A stretch of DNA of 64,000 nucleotides, from contig CAZUPO010000001.1 of assembly GCA_964621595.1 (NCBI GenBank), forward strand, positions 14,758 through 78,757, given 5' to 3'. How positions within the stretch are numbered: position 1 is the stretch's first letter; each line of letters begins with the position of its first letter. The notes under the pieces were generated by a model, which saw only the letters and a list, made by a program, of their open reading frames with translations, was not told the DNA's origin and ran no database searches. The position numbers were made by a program, and so were the translations under genes. The DNA is from an uncultured Candidatus Saccharibacteria bacterium (GTDB lineage: Bacteria > Patescibacteriota > Minisyncoccia > Phycocordibacterales > UBA5272). Of this stretch, positions 40,042-49,820 are shown one piece after another.

Positions 40042-40599
40042 CTAGATATTTTTATACCCTTTCCATTCTCTTTTCAGAAGACTGTAAAGAAGATCGTTTT
40101 GATATTCTCCGTTTACCTTGTGATAGTCTCTTAAAATTCCTTCGCACGTAAATCCGAGTCTTTCTGGTATTGCTTTGCTTTTGAGATTATTCATCTCACA
40201 CTGGATTTCAATACGATTGAGATTTAATTCCGTAAAACCATAGTTGATGATTGCTTTCACACACGCAGTCATGATCCCCTTACCCTGATACTCTCTATCG
40301 AGCCAATACCCTATGGCGGCCCTGTGGTGATCGTGTCGGATATCATGAAAGCCCATTGAACCGACCCACTTCCCCTCGTACAGAACTCCGAAGTCGGCGC
40401 TTGTTTTTTCTTCAAAACCCTTTTTACATTTCAGAATAAAATCTTCTACATCTTTATCAGATGTTGTTGTATCGATCCAATCCAAATATGGACGAAACGC
40501 TTCTCGATTCTTTTCCACCAACTGAAAAAAGTGTTGAGCATCTTCCGGCTTTCTTAATCGTAAAGAAAGATTATCGTGTACTTTTAGTTCAAAATCCAT
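40042..40599 (-). CDS. RimJ/RimL-family GNAT acetyltransferase
   Basis: IGYWL...QGKGIMT, LNRIEI, N.KS.AIPERLGF..EG. Confidence 0.9.
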   Translation of the reverse strand: MDFELKVHDNLSLRLRKPEDAQHFFQLVEKNREAFRPYLDWIDTTTSDKDVEDFILKCKKGFEEKTSADFGVLYEGKWVGSMGFHDIRHDHHRAAIGYWLDREYQGKGIMTACVKAIINYGFTELNLNRIEIQCEMNNLKSKAIPERLGFTCEGILRDYHKVNGEYQNDLLYSLLKREWKGYKNI

Positions 40600-40695
40600 A
40601 CTGGAAGTATACCACTTGGGTTGTTGGGCAGGATTGAAATTTAAAAGCAAAAACCCGCAGAAGCGGATCGTTGCTAATGCGAGTGGTATTGGGCC

Positions 40696-41061
40696 CTAGG
40701 GCTGGACGGTCGTCGCCTTGAAGAGGTCGAATTCGTCGTCACCCAGCGGGTTGTTGTAGTCCGGCATGAAGTCCATGTCGCGACGCGCATCCACGGAACT
40801 ATCGTGAGTGCGGAAGTCGCAGTCGTCACCGAAGGTGATGCCGGGATCACCGTTGGCGGCAGCCCCTTCGCAGATGTGCCGCTGGAGTTCCTCCGCCTTG
40901 GGAGTCATGACGCGGAGCACCTTCATGCCACCCATCCGACCACGCTGCACCTTGGTGATGCCGAAACCCGTGGCCGTGTTCCTCAGGTACTTGATGAGCC
41001 GCTCCACCTCCACGGAGGTGTCGTAGCCGGTGTAGACATCCAAGCAGTACGATTCTTGCAA
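40696..41061 (-). CDS. GC-rich islet orphan protein
   Basis: TAGACA-17-TAGTAT promoter (41148-41120); AAGGAG SD before TTG 41061; hairpin plus T-run near 40645-40675. Confidence 0.6.
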   Translation of the reverse strand: MQESYCLDVYTGYDTSVEVERLIKYLRNTATGFGITKVQRGRMGGMKVLRVMTPKAEELQRHICEGAAANGDPGITFGDDCDFRTHDSSVDARRDMDFMPDYNNPLGDDEFDLFKATTVQP

Positions 41062-41184
41062 GGCAATTCTCCTTTTCAAAATTACTCTATTAAGGGAAGG
41101 GTTGTACCCGTCTTGTAACATACTACAATATGAAAATAATTCTGTCTAGTTGCTGGTCGAATCGAACTAAAAATTCTTGGAACA

Positions 41185-41474
41185 AAATTGGATGTATTAT
41201 ACATTCCTCTAATCTTCAGATTTACTATCAAACTCCGTCTGCATTCTGGTCATCCATGCGTTTTTATTTTCACCAGTTCTGGCTTCCATACTCATAATAC
41301 TAGCCGTGTGTGCTTCATCAGATGTCATGTGAGGCATTCCTTTCTGGATAACTTCCATAAAAGTATCTCCAGAAAATTTCTCGTCGCAAGTTCCTCCCAA
41401 TTCTCGACATGTAAATGTTTTGCTCATATGAATTGAGTATACCATTTTTTCTGCGCTATTTTTGTGTGTTGCTG
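41185..41474. repeat. 290-bp direct repeat copy 1 (contains DUF1059-like gene)
   Basis: Reads identical by eye to 44141-44430. Confidence 0.92.
41209..41427 (-). CDS. DUF1059-like small protein, copy 1
   Basis: MSKTFTCRELGGTC...FSG.T..EV......H. Confidence 0.75.
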   Translation of the reverse strand: MSKTFTCRELGGTCDEKFSGDTFMEVIQKGMPHMTSDEAHTASIMSMEARTGENKNAWMTRMQTEFDSKSED

Positions 41475-41580
41475 AGCGTCTCGGGTTAGAACCAAAGGGT
41501 TCATTGCACTGTAAGGCTTTGGTGGCTATTTTTAGTATAGCATTTCCACGCGTCTCGAGCGCTGTAAAATTACTGTCGAA

Positions 41581-42996
41581 TTACTTATAGTTGTTTCTTT
41601 TGTGTTCAATATAATCAACGAGCAATTCATAAAATAAACTCTCGTCTCTAACATCTTCTGCCTTTACAAAAGAATTTTCAAAAGTATCCCATTCAATTAG
41701 ATATTTTTTCCAATAGAATGATTTTTCTGGTCTTTCTGGTTTTAGCGATTTAAGCATAGCCGTTATATAAGGCTTGAACGGCATTCTCTCTTGTGTTCTT
41801 CGTGGTGATTCTTTGATGATAGAAATGACTTTTAGGAAGCCTTTTATGTCTGTAAAGCTTAATATTGCGACCCGGATAGCAATATTAAAATACATTTCAA
41901 ATTCATCAGTTCTCAAGTTTTGAATATTAAATCCACCCTTTTTTAACTCTAGGAATTGAAACCGAGTAGGCTTAAGCAACCCTCGAAGTGTCAACGCCTG
42001 ACTTTCAACTGCACGAACAAAAATATGTTCAAGAAACAATTTAATATATCCTCCCTCCCCAATAGCACTTATCATTTGAGGATTTTCATTTTTTATACTT
42101 TTAACTATTTCTTCAACAGTATCTACCACAGCTTGCTGGTTATCGAAGCGATACGGAGCAATAGTAAAAAACTTATTCACGTAACCTGAAAAGTCCGTCT
42201 CAACGCCATACTTGTGATGAAATATGTGCTCAAGATTTGCGTAATCTGCGACAACGATTATGATATCGAACCCAAACCTATTCTCATTTTCTCGTTCAAA
42301 AAAGGCAGAGAGGAGATTTAGCACCCTAAATATATGCTCTGGATCTACCCTGTCTAAATCATCCAAAATAAGAACACTTTTCTTTATGCCTTTTTGTTGT
42401 GAAATTTTTTCTTTTACCAGATTGCTAACATAATCCGGCTCAGTAATATTCTTAGATTTTATTTCAGCAGTATATTTTTCTATTAGGCCTTTATCACCTG
42501 CCTTATATTCTGTCTTAAACTCCTGAAAATCCTTATCGAGATCTAGTAAGTCTTTCAACGGTCTGCCTAATTTTGCTAAAACACTGGTTATTGGATCGGC
42601 AGACAACGAGGCAACATCTTCACCTCCTGAAATAATTTTCTGAAGAACATCGTTTACTGTATATCTATCTTTTATCCACGACCAAAATAGTAGAGACGAT
42701 TCTTTGATCCCGTTCACAGATTTTTCTTCAAAAATATCTTTATTCTTTTTTAGAAGCTCGATAATGACATCGTATTTAAGGAGACCCACAATATCATCAT
42801 TAGCACTAATTTGATAGTTTATTGGATACAAATGAAAGGCTTCATATGAATCATGATTTTCTTTGAAAAACTCATTGAGAAAATGTGTCTTTCCTGCACC
42901 AAACTTACCTGAAAATAGAATTCGAGAATTTTCTTCCATTGAAAGAAACTCACTGAAATCTTTCTTTGCGGTATCAATTGGTATTTTAATAGCCAT
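41581..42996 (-). CDS. KAP-family P-loop NTPase
   Basis: SGKFGAGKT, ILDDLDRVDP, GY..KF; AT-rich. Confidence 0.82.
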   Translation of the reverse strand: MAIKIPIDTAKKDFSEFLSMEENSRILFSGKFGAGKTHFLNEFFKENHDSYEAFHLYPINYQISANDDIVGLLKYDVIIELLKKNKDIFEEKSVNGIKESSLLFWSWIKDRYTVNDVLQKIISGGEDVASLSADPITSVLAKLGRPLKDLLDLDKDFQEFKTEYKAGDKGLIEKYTAEIKSKNITEPDYVSNLVKEKISQQKGIKKSVLILDDLDRVDPEHIFRVLNLLSAFFERENENRFGFDIIIVVADYANLEHIFHHKYGVETDFSGYVNKFFTIAPYRFDNQQAVVDTVEEIVKSIKNENPQMISAIGEGGYIKLFLEHIFVRAVESQALTLRGLLKPTRFQFLELKKGGFNIQNLRTDEFEMYFNIAIRVAILSFTDIKGFLKVISIIKESPRRTQERMPFKPYITAMLKSLKPERPEKSFYWKKYLIEWDTFENSFVKAEDVRDESLFYELLVDYIEHKRNNYK

Positions 42997-43060
42997 GAGT
43001 TGATTATATCGCTGTTAGTAAAAAAACAGAATGGACGCATCCTGAGCGACGCTCTTGTTT

Positions 43061-43251
43061 GCTGGGGTACAAGGACTCGGTCACGAAGTCTATTTTTAGA
43101 TTACAAAAAATATAAGACTTCTCGACCCCGTATTCGAGTCCTTGCCGAAAGTGACGCAGGTCACTTTCTTACCCCATCAAAGCGTAAGTTTAAAGAATGC
43201 TACGCATACAGTATATAATTCGCTTTGCTGGGGTACAAGGACTCGAACCTC
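43061..43251. repeat. about 190-bp direct repeat copy 1: tRNA-derived palindrome plus 3' 24 nt of tRNA-Gln (att-like)
   Basis: Matches 46597-46786 except for one extra G; 43228-43251 equals the tRNA-Gln 3' end. Confidence 0.92.
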
Positions 43252-43381
43252 TTCGGATGCCAGGAACTCAGCTCAAGTTGGGTTGATATGGACAAAGTAT
43301 AAAAAATATTGTAGTGTACTTTTTAGCGGGTCACTCTTCCCCAACCAATTAAGAGGATCATTCCACCTATGAGGAGGCTCT

Positions 43382-43981
43382 ATGCCCGCACTCGATCGAC
43401 AAGAAGGATACTTGGTAGCGCACGAAACCCTGCTGGCCGAACTCAAGGCCATGTGGGCAGATCCCAAGGTCCAGCTCTACAACGATGCGGAGCTTCCCGC
43501 GTTCAGCGATACCGCCGTGTTCCTGGCCGGGCCGACGTCGCGCAACCAGATCCTGGAATGCCAGTGGCGTGCCAAAGCGGTCGCGTTTCTGCGCAAATAC
43601 GGCTTCGAAGGATGGATCTACTGCCCGGAACCGCGGGGATTCGAAGCTCCCGGCGATTTCACCGAACGGGGCTACATCCACCGCTGGGAATCCAGTCGGC
43701 TCTTCACGCCCACCACGTGTGCTGAGTACGCCGTGTTCTGGATCCCGCGCAAGGCCGACGAACTGCTCGGGCTCAACACGAACCTCGAGCTCGGCATCAT
43801 GATCGGCAAGTGCATGATGCGAAACGATTACGAGCGGAGGAAGCTCTTCGTCGGTTGGCCGGACAGCGCGGAGCGCATGGGACTCCCGAACCATTACATG
43901 GGCGAGATCGTCCTCGAGCGGTACACCGCGCTTGACACAATCTGCGCCGACCTGGCCGCATCCGTCAGGAATCGCCGTTAG
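43382..43981 (+). CDS. nucleoside 2-deoxyribosyltransferase-like protein (GC-rich islet)
   Basis: VFLAGPT, W...A, PE.R, WE, VFWIPR, TN.E.G; TGGACA-17-TAGTGT, GAGGAGG SD, terminator at 44002-44025. Confidence 0.75.
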   Translation: MPALDRQEGYLVAHETLLAELKAMWADPKVQLYNDAELPAFSDTAVFLAGPTSRNQILECQWRAKAVAFLRKYGFEGWIYCPEPRGFEAPGDFTERGYIHRWESSRLFTPTTCAEYAVFWIPRKADELLGLNTNLELGIMIGKCMMRNDYERRKLFVGWPDSAERMGLPNHYMGEIVLERYTALDTICADLAASVRNRR

Positions 43982-44140
43982 GATCTCTTCACGAGGTCCG
44001 GAAGCCACCTTCGGGTGGCTTTTTTCTTTCATAAAATAAGTTAAAAGTTCGAGTGCCCTAAGAGGGTCAATAAAACTACATTTTTTGTTCACACAAAACC
44101 CTTATGAATTCAGTGCAACTTGGACGCTAGAACCTAGCTC

Positions 44141-44430
44141 AAATTGGATGTATTATACATTCCTCTAATCTTCAGATTTACTATCAAACTCCGTCTGCAT
44201 TCTGGTCATCCATGCGTTTTTATTTTCACCAGTTCTGGCTTCCATACTCATAATACTAGCCGTGTGTGCTTCATCAGATGTCATGTGAGGCATTCCTTTC
44301 TGGATAACTTCCATAAAAGTATCTCCAGAAAATTTCTCGTCGCAAGTTCCTCCCAATTCTCGACATGTAAATGTTTTGCTCATATGAATTGAGTATACCA
44401 TTTTTTCTGCGCTATTTTTGTGTGTTGCTG
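44141..44430. repeat. 290-bp direct repeat copy 2
   Basis: Reads identical by eye to 41185-41474. Confidence 0.92.
44165..44383 (-). CDS. DUF1059-like small protein, copy 2
   Basis: Protein identical to copy 1. Confidence 0.75.
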   Translation of the reverse strand: MSKTFTCRELGGTCDEKFSGDTFMEVIQKGMPHMTSDEAHTASIMSMEARTGENKNAWMTRMQTEFDSKSED

Positions 44431-44506
44431 GGAGTTGGGTGGGAAGTTGAAACTTTTTTGTTTGTAAATGGGGTATAATTCAATTATATATATTAATTAT
44501 AAAAAA

Positions 44507-45121
44507 ATGAAAAAAACACTTGTTTTTGTCTTTTGTTTCTTGCTAACACAATCAGTTTTTGCTCTAACTCTAACTCCACCAAGAATTGAACTCACACTAA
44601 GTAGGGGTGAGAGCGCCTCAAGTGAACTTGTTGTAATAAATGAAGAACTTCCAAACAATACACCAGATAAAACTTATTATATTTCTGTTGAAAAACTCAA
44701 TAACAAGAAGTCAGGAATATCTTTTACATCAGGTGACTATAGTAATTTAGTTAAAGTGCCCGAGAAGATTACAATTAGGAACGGGGCAACTGTAAAAATA
44801 CCATTCTTAGTCACTCTTCCAGACGACGCTATCCAAACATACAATTTTACGATATTTTTGAGTACTTATAAACCCGAAGATGAAGGGGAAGTTGTTGGAG
44901 CAAAAGTGGGTTCTTTTCTTTTGATTCATGTGCCAAATGGTTACACAGAATCAGCGGTAGTTACTCAACCTGTAAAAGTAAATTTAGTTAAGAAAGCTCC
45001 TGCAATAACCCTAGTAAGTACCAGCACAAAAGAACAACCTGTTTCTGGTTCAGTAAGAAGTTTTAGGGATAAATTTATGAATTGGATTATCTCTTTTAAA
45101 AACATTTGGGTTAATAATTAA
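44507..45121 (+). CDS. secreted Ig-like protein
   Basis: Signal peptide MKKTLVF..AL; LTPPRIEL...GE pattern; AT-rich. Confidence 0.7.
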   Translation: MKKTLVFVFCFLLTQSVFALTLTPPRIELTLSRGESASSELVVINEELPNNTPDKTYYISVEKLNNKKSGISFTSGDYSNLVKVPEKITIRNGATVKIPFLVTLPDDAIQTYNFTIFLSTYKPEDEGEVVGAKVGSFLLIHVPNGYTESAVVTQPVKVNLVKKAPAITLVSTSTKEQPVSGSVRSFRDKFMNWIISFKNIWVNN

Positions 45122-45241
45122 TACTTTATTAAATTAGTTATTTTGTTTCTGATCTCATCGGATTCGGATATTTCCATACCTTACCCAGCAAACTTTTATA
45201 AGCATTTTCAGTTGTACTATTTTAATGCACTTCGGAACAAC

Positions 45242-45679
45242 CTAATTCCACCTGAGGAGGTATAGGAAACCTCCAATAATTACCCCTGCTACAACAGCAA
45301 GAAAAACTATTCCAAATGGTTTTTCATACCAATTTTTCGGATGTCGTTTTTCATTTTTTTGATTTTCGAACTTTATAAGAGTGCCGTCACCAACTATAGT
45401 GTTATCTTTAATTACCCCGCTGAAATAATTGTGATTTTCCTGACTGTGGCTACTCACACTATTACCAGTTCTACTTTTTACCGAAAGCCTTTCATATAAA
45501 AGTTTTCTTTTGTATTCGGTATCAGCAATATCTTTTTTAATTAAATAGATATCTCTACCTCTCCAACGATATGATTCTTCACTAGCATTCTTCTCTTCAC
45601 GTAATTGAATTAGCCTAGAATCAAGAAGCTCTAGTTGTTGTTCTTCGGGGAGTCCTCTTCTCCAAAAATAATTGTCCAT
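45242..45679 (-). CDS. hypothetical protein with C-terminal TM
   Basis: WYEKP.G..FL.VVAG C-terminal anchor. Confidence 0.65.
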   Translation of the reverse strand: MDNYFWRRGLPEEQQLELLDSRLIQLREEKNASEESYRWRGRDIYLIKKDIADTEYKRKLLYERLSVKSRTGNSVSSHSQENHNYFSGVIKDNTIVGDGTLIKFENQKNEKRHPKNWYEKPFGIVFLAVVAGVIIGGFLYLLRWN

Positions 45680-45711
45680 AGTTATGTTGTATTTAACTTC
45701 TCCTACACATT

Positions 45712-46554
45712 TTATTTTTCTGAAATTTCTTCTATCGCCTCGCGTGTGGTTTTTATTTGTTTACCATTTGGTAATGTTAGAATTGTCTCAATCCGAGCGA
45801 GCAACTCTGTTGGTTCCTGTCTATTATCCTCAACTCGAATCTCTCCTGTTTTACCATCAATAATCAAATGGGCTTTTTCACTAGTACCATCCCTTTTTCC
45901 TATTAAAAGATGTTGATCCTCGCCTTGGGAACGGGACTCAACGAAAAGACCTTCTGTCTCAAGTCGTTTCTTGATTGTTTTTTCAGCTTCATGCTGAGAA
46001 AGTAAATCGAGATAAGGTTGAAATGAGGGCCAGGCGGCCGGGTACGGATATCCGTCCTCAGTAGACCACCAAATTTGTCTTACAGTTTGAAGTTTTCTAA
46101 ATCGTAATCCAGGTAAGCTGTCTGGAGATAAGGTGACTTTTAAATGCTCAATTAATCCTTCGTGTAAAACCTGAACCTCGCTTGTAGTCAGCAAGTTTTC
46201 TTTTATAGCCGTTTCCTTTGCCCAAATTTCTTTTAAAACAGATTTATCTGTTTTTTCTGAACTAACAACAATGGGCAGAGATTCTTTTACTTCAGAAAGA
46301 AGGCCGTTTAAGATACGCTTTCTATTGTCTAATTCTTTGAGGTATTGAGAGCGATTAAAACTCGGATCAATATAAGAAGTTGTCATAGTCCTCTGTTGTT
46401 TAAAAAGATTTAAACCATCCCCTCCAAAAATCTGTCTTACAAGTTTTTCTGTAGACTGTTCCCATATTTGGTATTCCGGTCCCCAATTTTCAATACCTCT
46501 TAATGTATCAATTTTTGAGATTTGTTCTTTTAATTTTGAAAGGTTTTCATCCAT
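45712..46554 (-). CDS. hypothetical protein (cargo)
   Basis: 280-aa AT-rich ORF; no recognised motif. Confidence 0.72.
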   Translation of the reverse strand: MDENLSKLKEQISKIDTLRGIENWGPEYQIWEQSTEKLVRQIFGGDGLNLFKQQRTMTTSYIDPSFNRSQYLKELDNRKRILNGLLSEVKESLPIVVSSEKTDKSVLKEIWAKETAIKENLLTTSEVQVLHEGLIEHLKVTLSPDSLPGLRFRKLQTVRQIWWSTEDGYPYPAAWPSFQPYLDLLSQHEAEKTIKKRLETEGLFVESRSQGEDQHLLIGKRDGTSEKAHLIIDGKTGEIRVEDNRQEPTELLARIETILTLPNGKQIKTTREAIEEISEK

Positions 46555-46596
46555 ATAGCTTTAATGTTTTAATACTCTTCGAACTCGCTCAACGTG

Positions 46597-46786
46597 GCTG
46601 GGGTACAAGACTCGGTCACGAAGTCTATTTTTAGATTACAAAAAATATAAGACTTCTCGACCCCGTATTCGAGTCCTTGCCGAAAGTGACGCAGGTCACT
46701 TTCTTACCCCATCAAAGCGTAAGTTTAAAGAATGCTACGCATACAGTATATAATTCGCTTTGCTGGGGTACAAGGACTCGAACCTC
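46597..46786. repeat. about 190-bp direct repeat copy 2, overlapping the 3' end of tRNA-Gln
   Basis: See copy 1. Confidence 0.92.
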
Positions 46787-46833
46787 GATACTCAGGACCA
46801 AAACCTGATGTCCTACCATTAGACGATACCCCA
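46763..46833 (-). tRNA. tRNA-Gln(TTG)
   Basis: TGGGGTA acceptor/TACCCCA-G, anticodon arm TCAGG-TTTTGGT-CCTGA, T-loop TTCGAGT; CCA not encoded. Confidence 0.97.
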
Positions 46834-46983
46834 AGATAGTTATTAGTTCTTAGTTATTCGTAATTAGTTACATTACGAATACCAGGTAAACACCAAATAA
46901 CGCTTGCGTATAATACCACTTTTTCTCAAATTTTGGAAGGTGGGGAAGAAGAATGCATACGCGGTGCTATACTCGTATTCAGT

Positions 46984-47919
46984 ATGGACCATAGATCAAA
47001 TGATGCGAACAAGCGACGGCTCTCCCCTCTTGAAATCACAAGCACAATACTCCTTCTTGTGGTTGCGTACCAAGCATTCAAAATGCACTCCCTCGAAACA
47101 CGCGTGAACACTCTCTCAAGCGAACTCGCCTCCACCACAGAGAGTTACAGGACAACGATGGACATCCTCTCGCAAGGTTTTTCATCATTAAGCAGAGAGA
47201 CTCTAGGACTCTCTACTACCATCACCTCGACCAAAGAACATGTCGAGGCTGTTAGTTCCCAGGTTGCAGGCGTACAGGAAACTGTTGGCTCTATTTCTGG
47301 TACCGTCAACACACTACAAAAACTCTCAACCGTAGATGCAGAAATATTGAAAAAGTATTCCAAAATATTTTTCTTAAGCGAGAACTATGTGCCAGCCCAT
47401 CTCTCTATCATTCCCCCGACATATACCTACAGTTCATCTCGTACAGAAAAAATAGTTTCTGAGGTGTGGCCATTTTTAGAAAAACTACTGATACAAGCAA
47501 ATAATGACGGTGTTGCGTTGTACGTAAAGTCTGGCTACCGATCTTTCGCAGAACAAAAATCTCTTAAATCTACATACTCTGTTATCTATGGTGCTGGTAC
47601 TGCTAACACTTTCTCTGCAGATCAAGGATATTCTGAACATCAGTTGGGTACAACCGTCGATTTCATCACGAGCGGCCTTGGAGGAAATCTAGGTGGGTTC
47701 GACTCGACCAAAGCATACGAATGGTTAGAGGCGAATGCATACCGGTACGGATTTGTCCTCTCGTACCCAAAAGATAATGCGTACTACATCTACGAACCGT
47801 GGCACTGGAGATTCGTTGGAATACGTCTAGCTACGTACCTCCACAACAACAACCAACATTTTTACGACCTGGACCAGCGCACTATCGACACCTATTTAGC
47901 AAACACCTACGATTATTAA
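46984..47919 (+). CDS. M15B/VanY-like D-Ala-D-Ala carboxypeptidase with TM and coiled coil
   Basis: SGYRS...Q, SEHQLG..VD, YEPWHWRFVG. Confidence 0.9.
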   Translation: MDHRSNDANKRRLSPLEITSTILLLVVAYQAFKMHSLETRVNTLSSELASTTESYRTTMDILSQGFSSLSRETLGLSTTITSTKEHVEAVSSQVAGVQETVGSISGTVNTLQKLSTVDAEILKKYSKIFFLSENYVPAHLSIIPPTYTYSSSRTEKIVSEVWPFLEKLLIQANNDGVALYVKSGYRSFAEQKSLKSTYSVIYGAGTANTFSADQGYSEHQLGTTVDFITSGLGGNLGGFDSTKAYEWLEANAYRYGFVLSYPKDNAYYIYEPWHWRFVGIRLATYLHNNNQHFYDLDQRTIDTYLANTYDY

Positions 47920-47953
47920 ACCGCGTTACAAGAATGATATACTGCCCGACATC

Positions 47954-49468
47954 ATGAAAGCACACAGAGCAACTATTGGCGAACTAAAAAGACGATTACA
48001 AGAACACAAAAGACTCAGCTCGATTATCTTCATTCTCGAATGGGACCAAACGGTGAATATGCCGGCGAAAGCAGCGAAATCTCGTGGTGAATCAATCTCA
48101 GAATTAAGTAGTATCGTGCACACAAAATTCTTGGCCCTCAATGAAGATGGGCTACTCACAAAACTCAAGAAACAAGTCGACACTGGCGCACTGCGTGGTA
48201 GCGATGTCGCACTTGTAGAAGAAACATGGCGCGACTACACGCGTGCGAAGAAACTTCCCGACGCATTCATCCGCGAACGAGCGCTCCTCATCACCCAAGC
48301 ACACACTGCCTGGGAACAAGCACGCCACCAGAAACGACGAGAACTCTTTCTCCCCTATCTCGAAAAAATAATCGCACTCAAACGAAAAGAAGCAAAACTT
48401 CTTGGTTACAAGGATCATCCATATGACGCACTGCTTGATGAATTCGAACCAGGTATGAAAACAAAAGAAGCAGAAGTAATTCTAGAAGAACTGAAGACAT
48501 TCCTTGTTCCCTTTCTACGAAAGACGCAAAAGGCATCAAAGAAAAGAAAAAGTCTTCGCGTTCAAGGACATTTTCCAATTGAAAAACAGGTTGCATTTAA
48601 TACTATGATGGCAAAAGAAATAGGCTTTGACTTCGAAATGGGACGTCTGGATACATCTGTGCACCCATTTACTACAACCATTCACGCAGAAGATGTACGC
48701 ATCACAACGCGCTACAAGGAAAATGACGCACTCTATGCTCTATCGTCGACCATCCATGAAACAGGTCACGCCCTCTACGAACAAGGGCTGCTTGCAGAAC
48801 ATTTCGGTACGCCTCTTGGAGATTACATCTCTCTTGGAATACATGAATCCCAATCACGTATGTGGGAAAGAATTATCGGGACGAGTAAACCATTTTGGAA
48901 ATATTTCTATCCCAAATTACAAAAAGCATTTCCACAGCCATACAAAAAAGTTTCGTTTGATGATTTCTACCACCACATCAACACCGTGACTCCGTCTTTC
49001 ATCCGCACAGAAGCAGATGAAGTAACGTATAATCTCCACATCATCCTCCGATTTGAACTAGAAAAAGAGCTCATCTCTGGGAAACTCTCCGTGCGAGATC
49101 TACCAAATGCTTGGAATAAGAAAATGAAAGAATACTTCGGTATCACAGTGAAAGAAGACAATTTAGGATTCCTTCAAGATGTTCACTGGTCAATTGGTGC
49201 GTTTGGATATTTCCCTACGTATACATTTGGGAATCTCTACTCTGCACAATTCTACAATGCAATGAAACGAGACATACCAACCCTCGAAAAAGATTTCGAG
49301 AAAGGAAATTTCAAGAAAGCGCTCGCGTGGCTACGCGCCAAGATTCATAACCACGGCAAACTCTACAAAGCAAAAGATCTGGCACACCAGGTGACGGGAG
49401 AGGCTCTCACAAGCGTCCACTTTACAAACTATTTGAAAGAAAAGTATACGAATCTGTACAATCTATAG
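47954..49468 (+). CDS. M32 carboxypeptidase (Taq-like)
   Basis: HPF, DVRITTR, HETGH, HESQSR, IRTEAD, QDVHW, GYFPTY. Confidence 0.95.
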   Translation: MKAHRATIGELKRRLQEHKRLSSIIFILEWDQTVNMPAKAAKSRGESISELSSIVHTKFLALNEDGLLTKLKKQVDTGALRGSDVALVEETWRDYTRAKKLPDAFIRERALLITQAHTAWEQARHQKRRELFLPYLEKIIALKRKEAKLLGYKDHPYDALLDEFEPGMKTKEAEVILEELKTFLVPFLRKTQKASKKRKSLRVQGHFPIEKQVAFNTMMAKEIGFDFEMGRLDTSVHPFTTTIHAEDVRITTRYKENDALYALSSTIHETGHALYEQGLLAEHFGTPLGDYISLGIHESQSRMWERIIGTSKPFWKYFYPKLQKAFPQPYKKVSFDDFYHHINTVTPSFIRTEADEVTYNLHIILRFELEKELISGKLSVRDLPNAWNKKMKEYFGITVKEDNLGFLQDVHWSIGAFGYFPTYTFGNLYSAQFYNAMKRDIPTLEKDFEKGNFKKALAWLRAKIHNHGKLYKAKDLAHQVTGEALTSVHFTNYLKEKYTNLYNL

Positions 49469-49493
49469 AAATGCTATACTTCTAAGTATCTCT

Positions 49494-49818
49494 ATGAACG
49501 ATCCACAAACAATACAAGAACTGATGAACTACATAGCGGAGCGCTACGCCTTCACAGAAGAAAAATATCCAGAACTTAGACTTCTCGACGAACAAGGTAG
49601 GTACGCTTTTGCAGTACGTCACTTGGGTATCCACTTTGCAAAAACCGCAGGGAAAATAGTTACGGTAAGTGAAGCAGTGGATCATGGGGGGGGCGATCGA
49701 CGAAGAGAGTCTGAAAGTAGACGTAGCAAAATCTCTCCTAAGCACACTACGACTCGCAGAACTTTTGCATATGAATACCGATGATCTTGTTTCTCGTATT
49801 AAGCAATACGTTAAATAA
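49494..49818 (+). pseudogene. MazG-like helical protein with a +1 frameshift in a G8 tract
   Basis: Removing one G at 49686-49693 gives DHGGAIDEESLKVDVAKSLLSTLRLAELL...VK*, ending 2 nt before the next gene. Confidence 0.6.
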
Positions 49819-49820
49819 CT

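Noticed and set aside
41185-46786. Prophage or classical integrative element
   Set aside because: No integrase, terminase, structural or replication genes between the repeats
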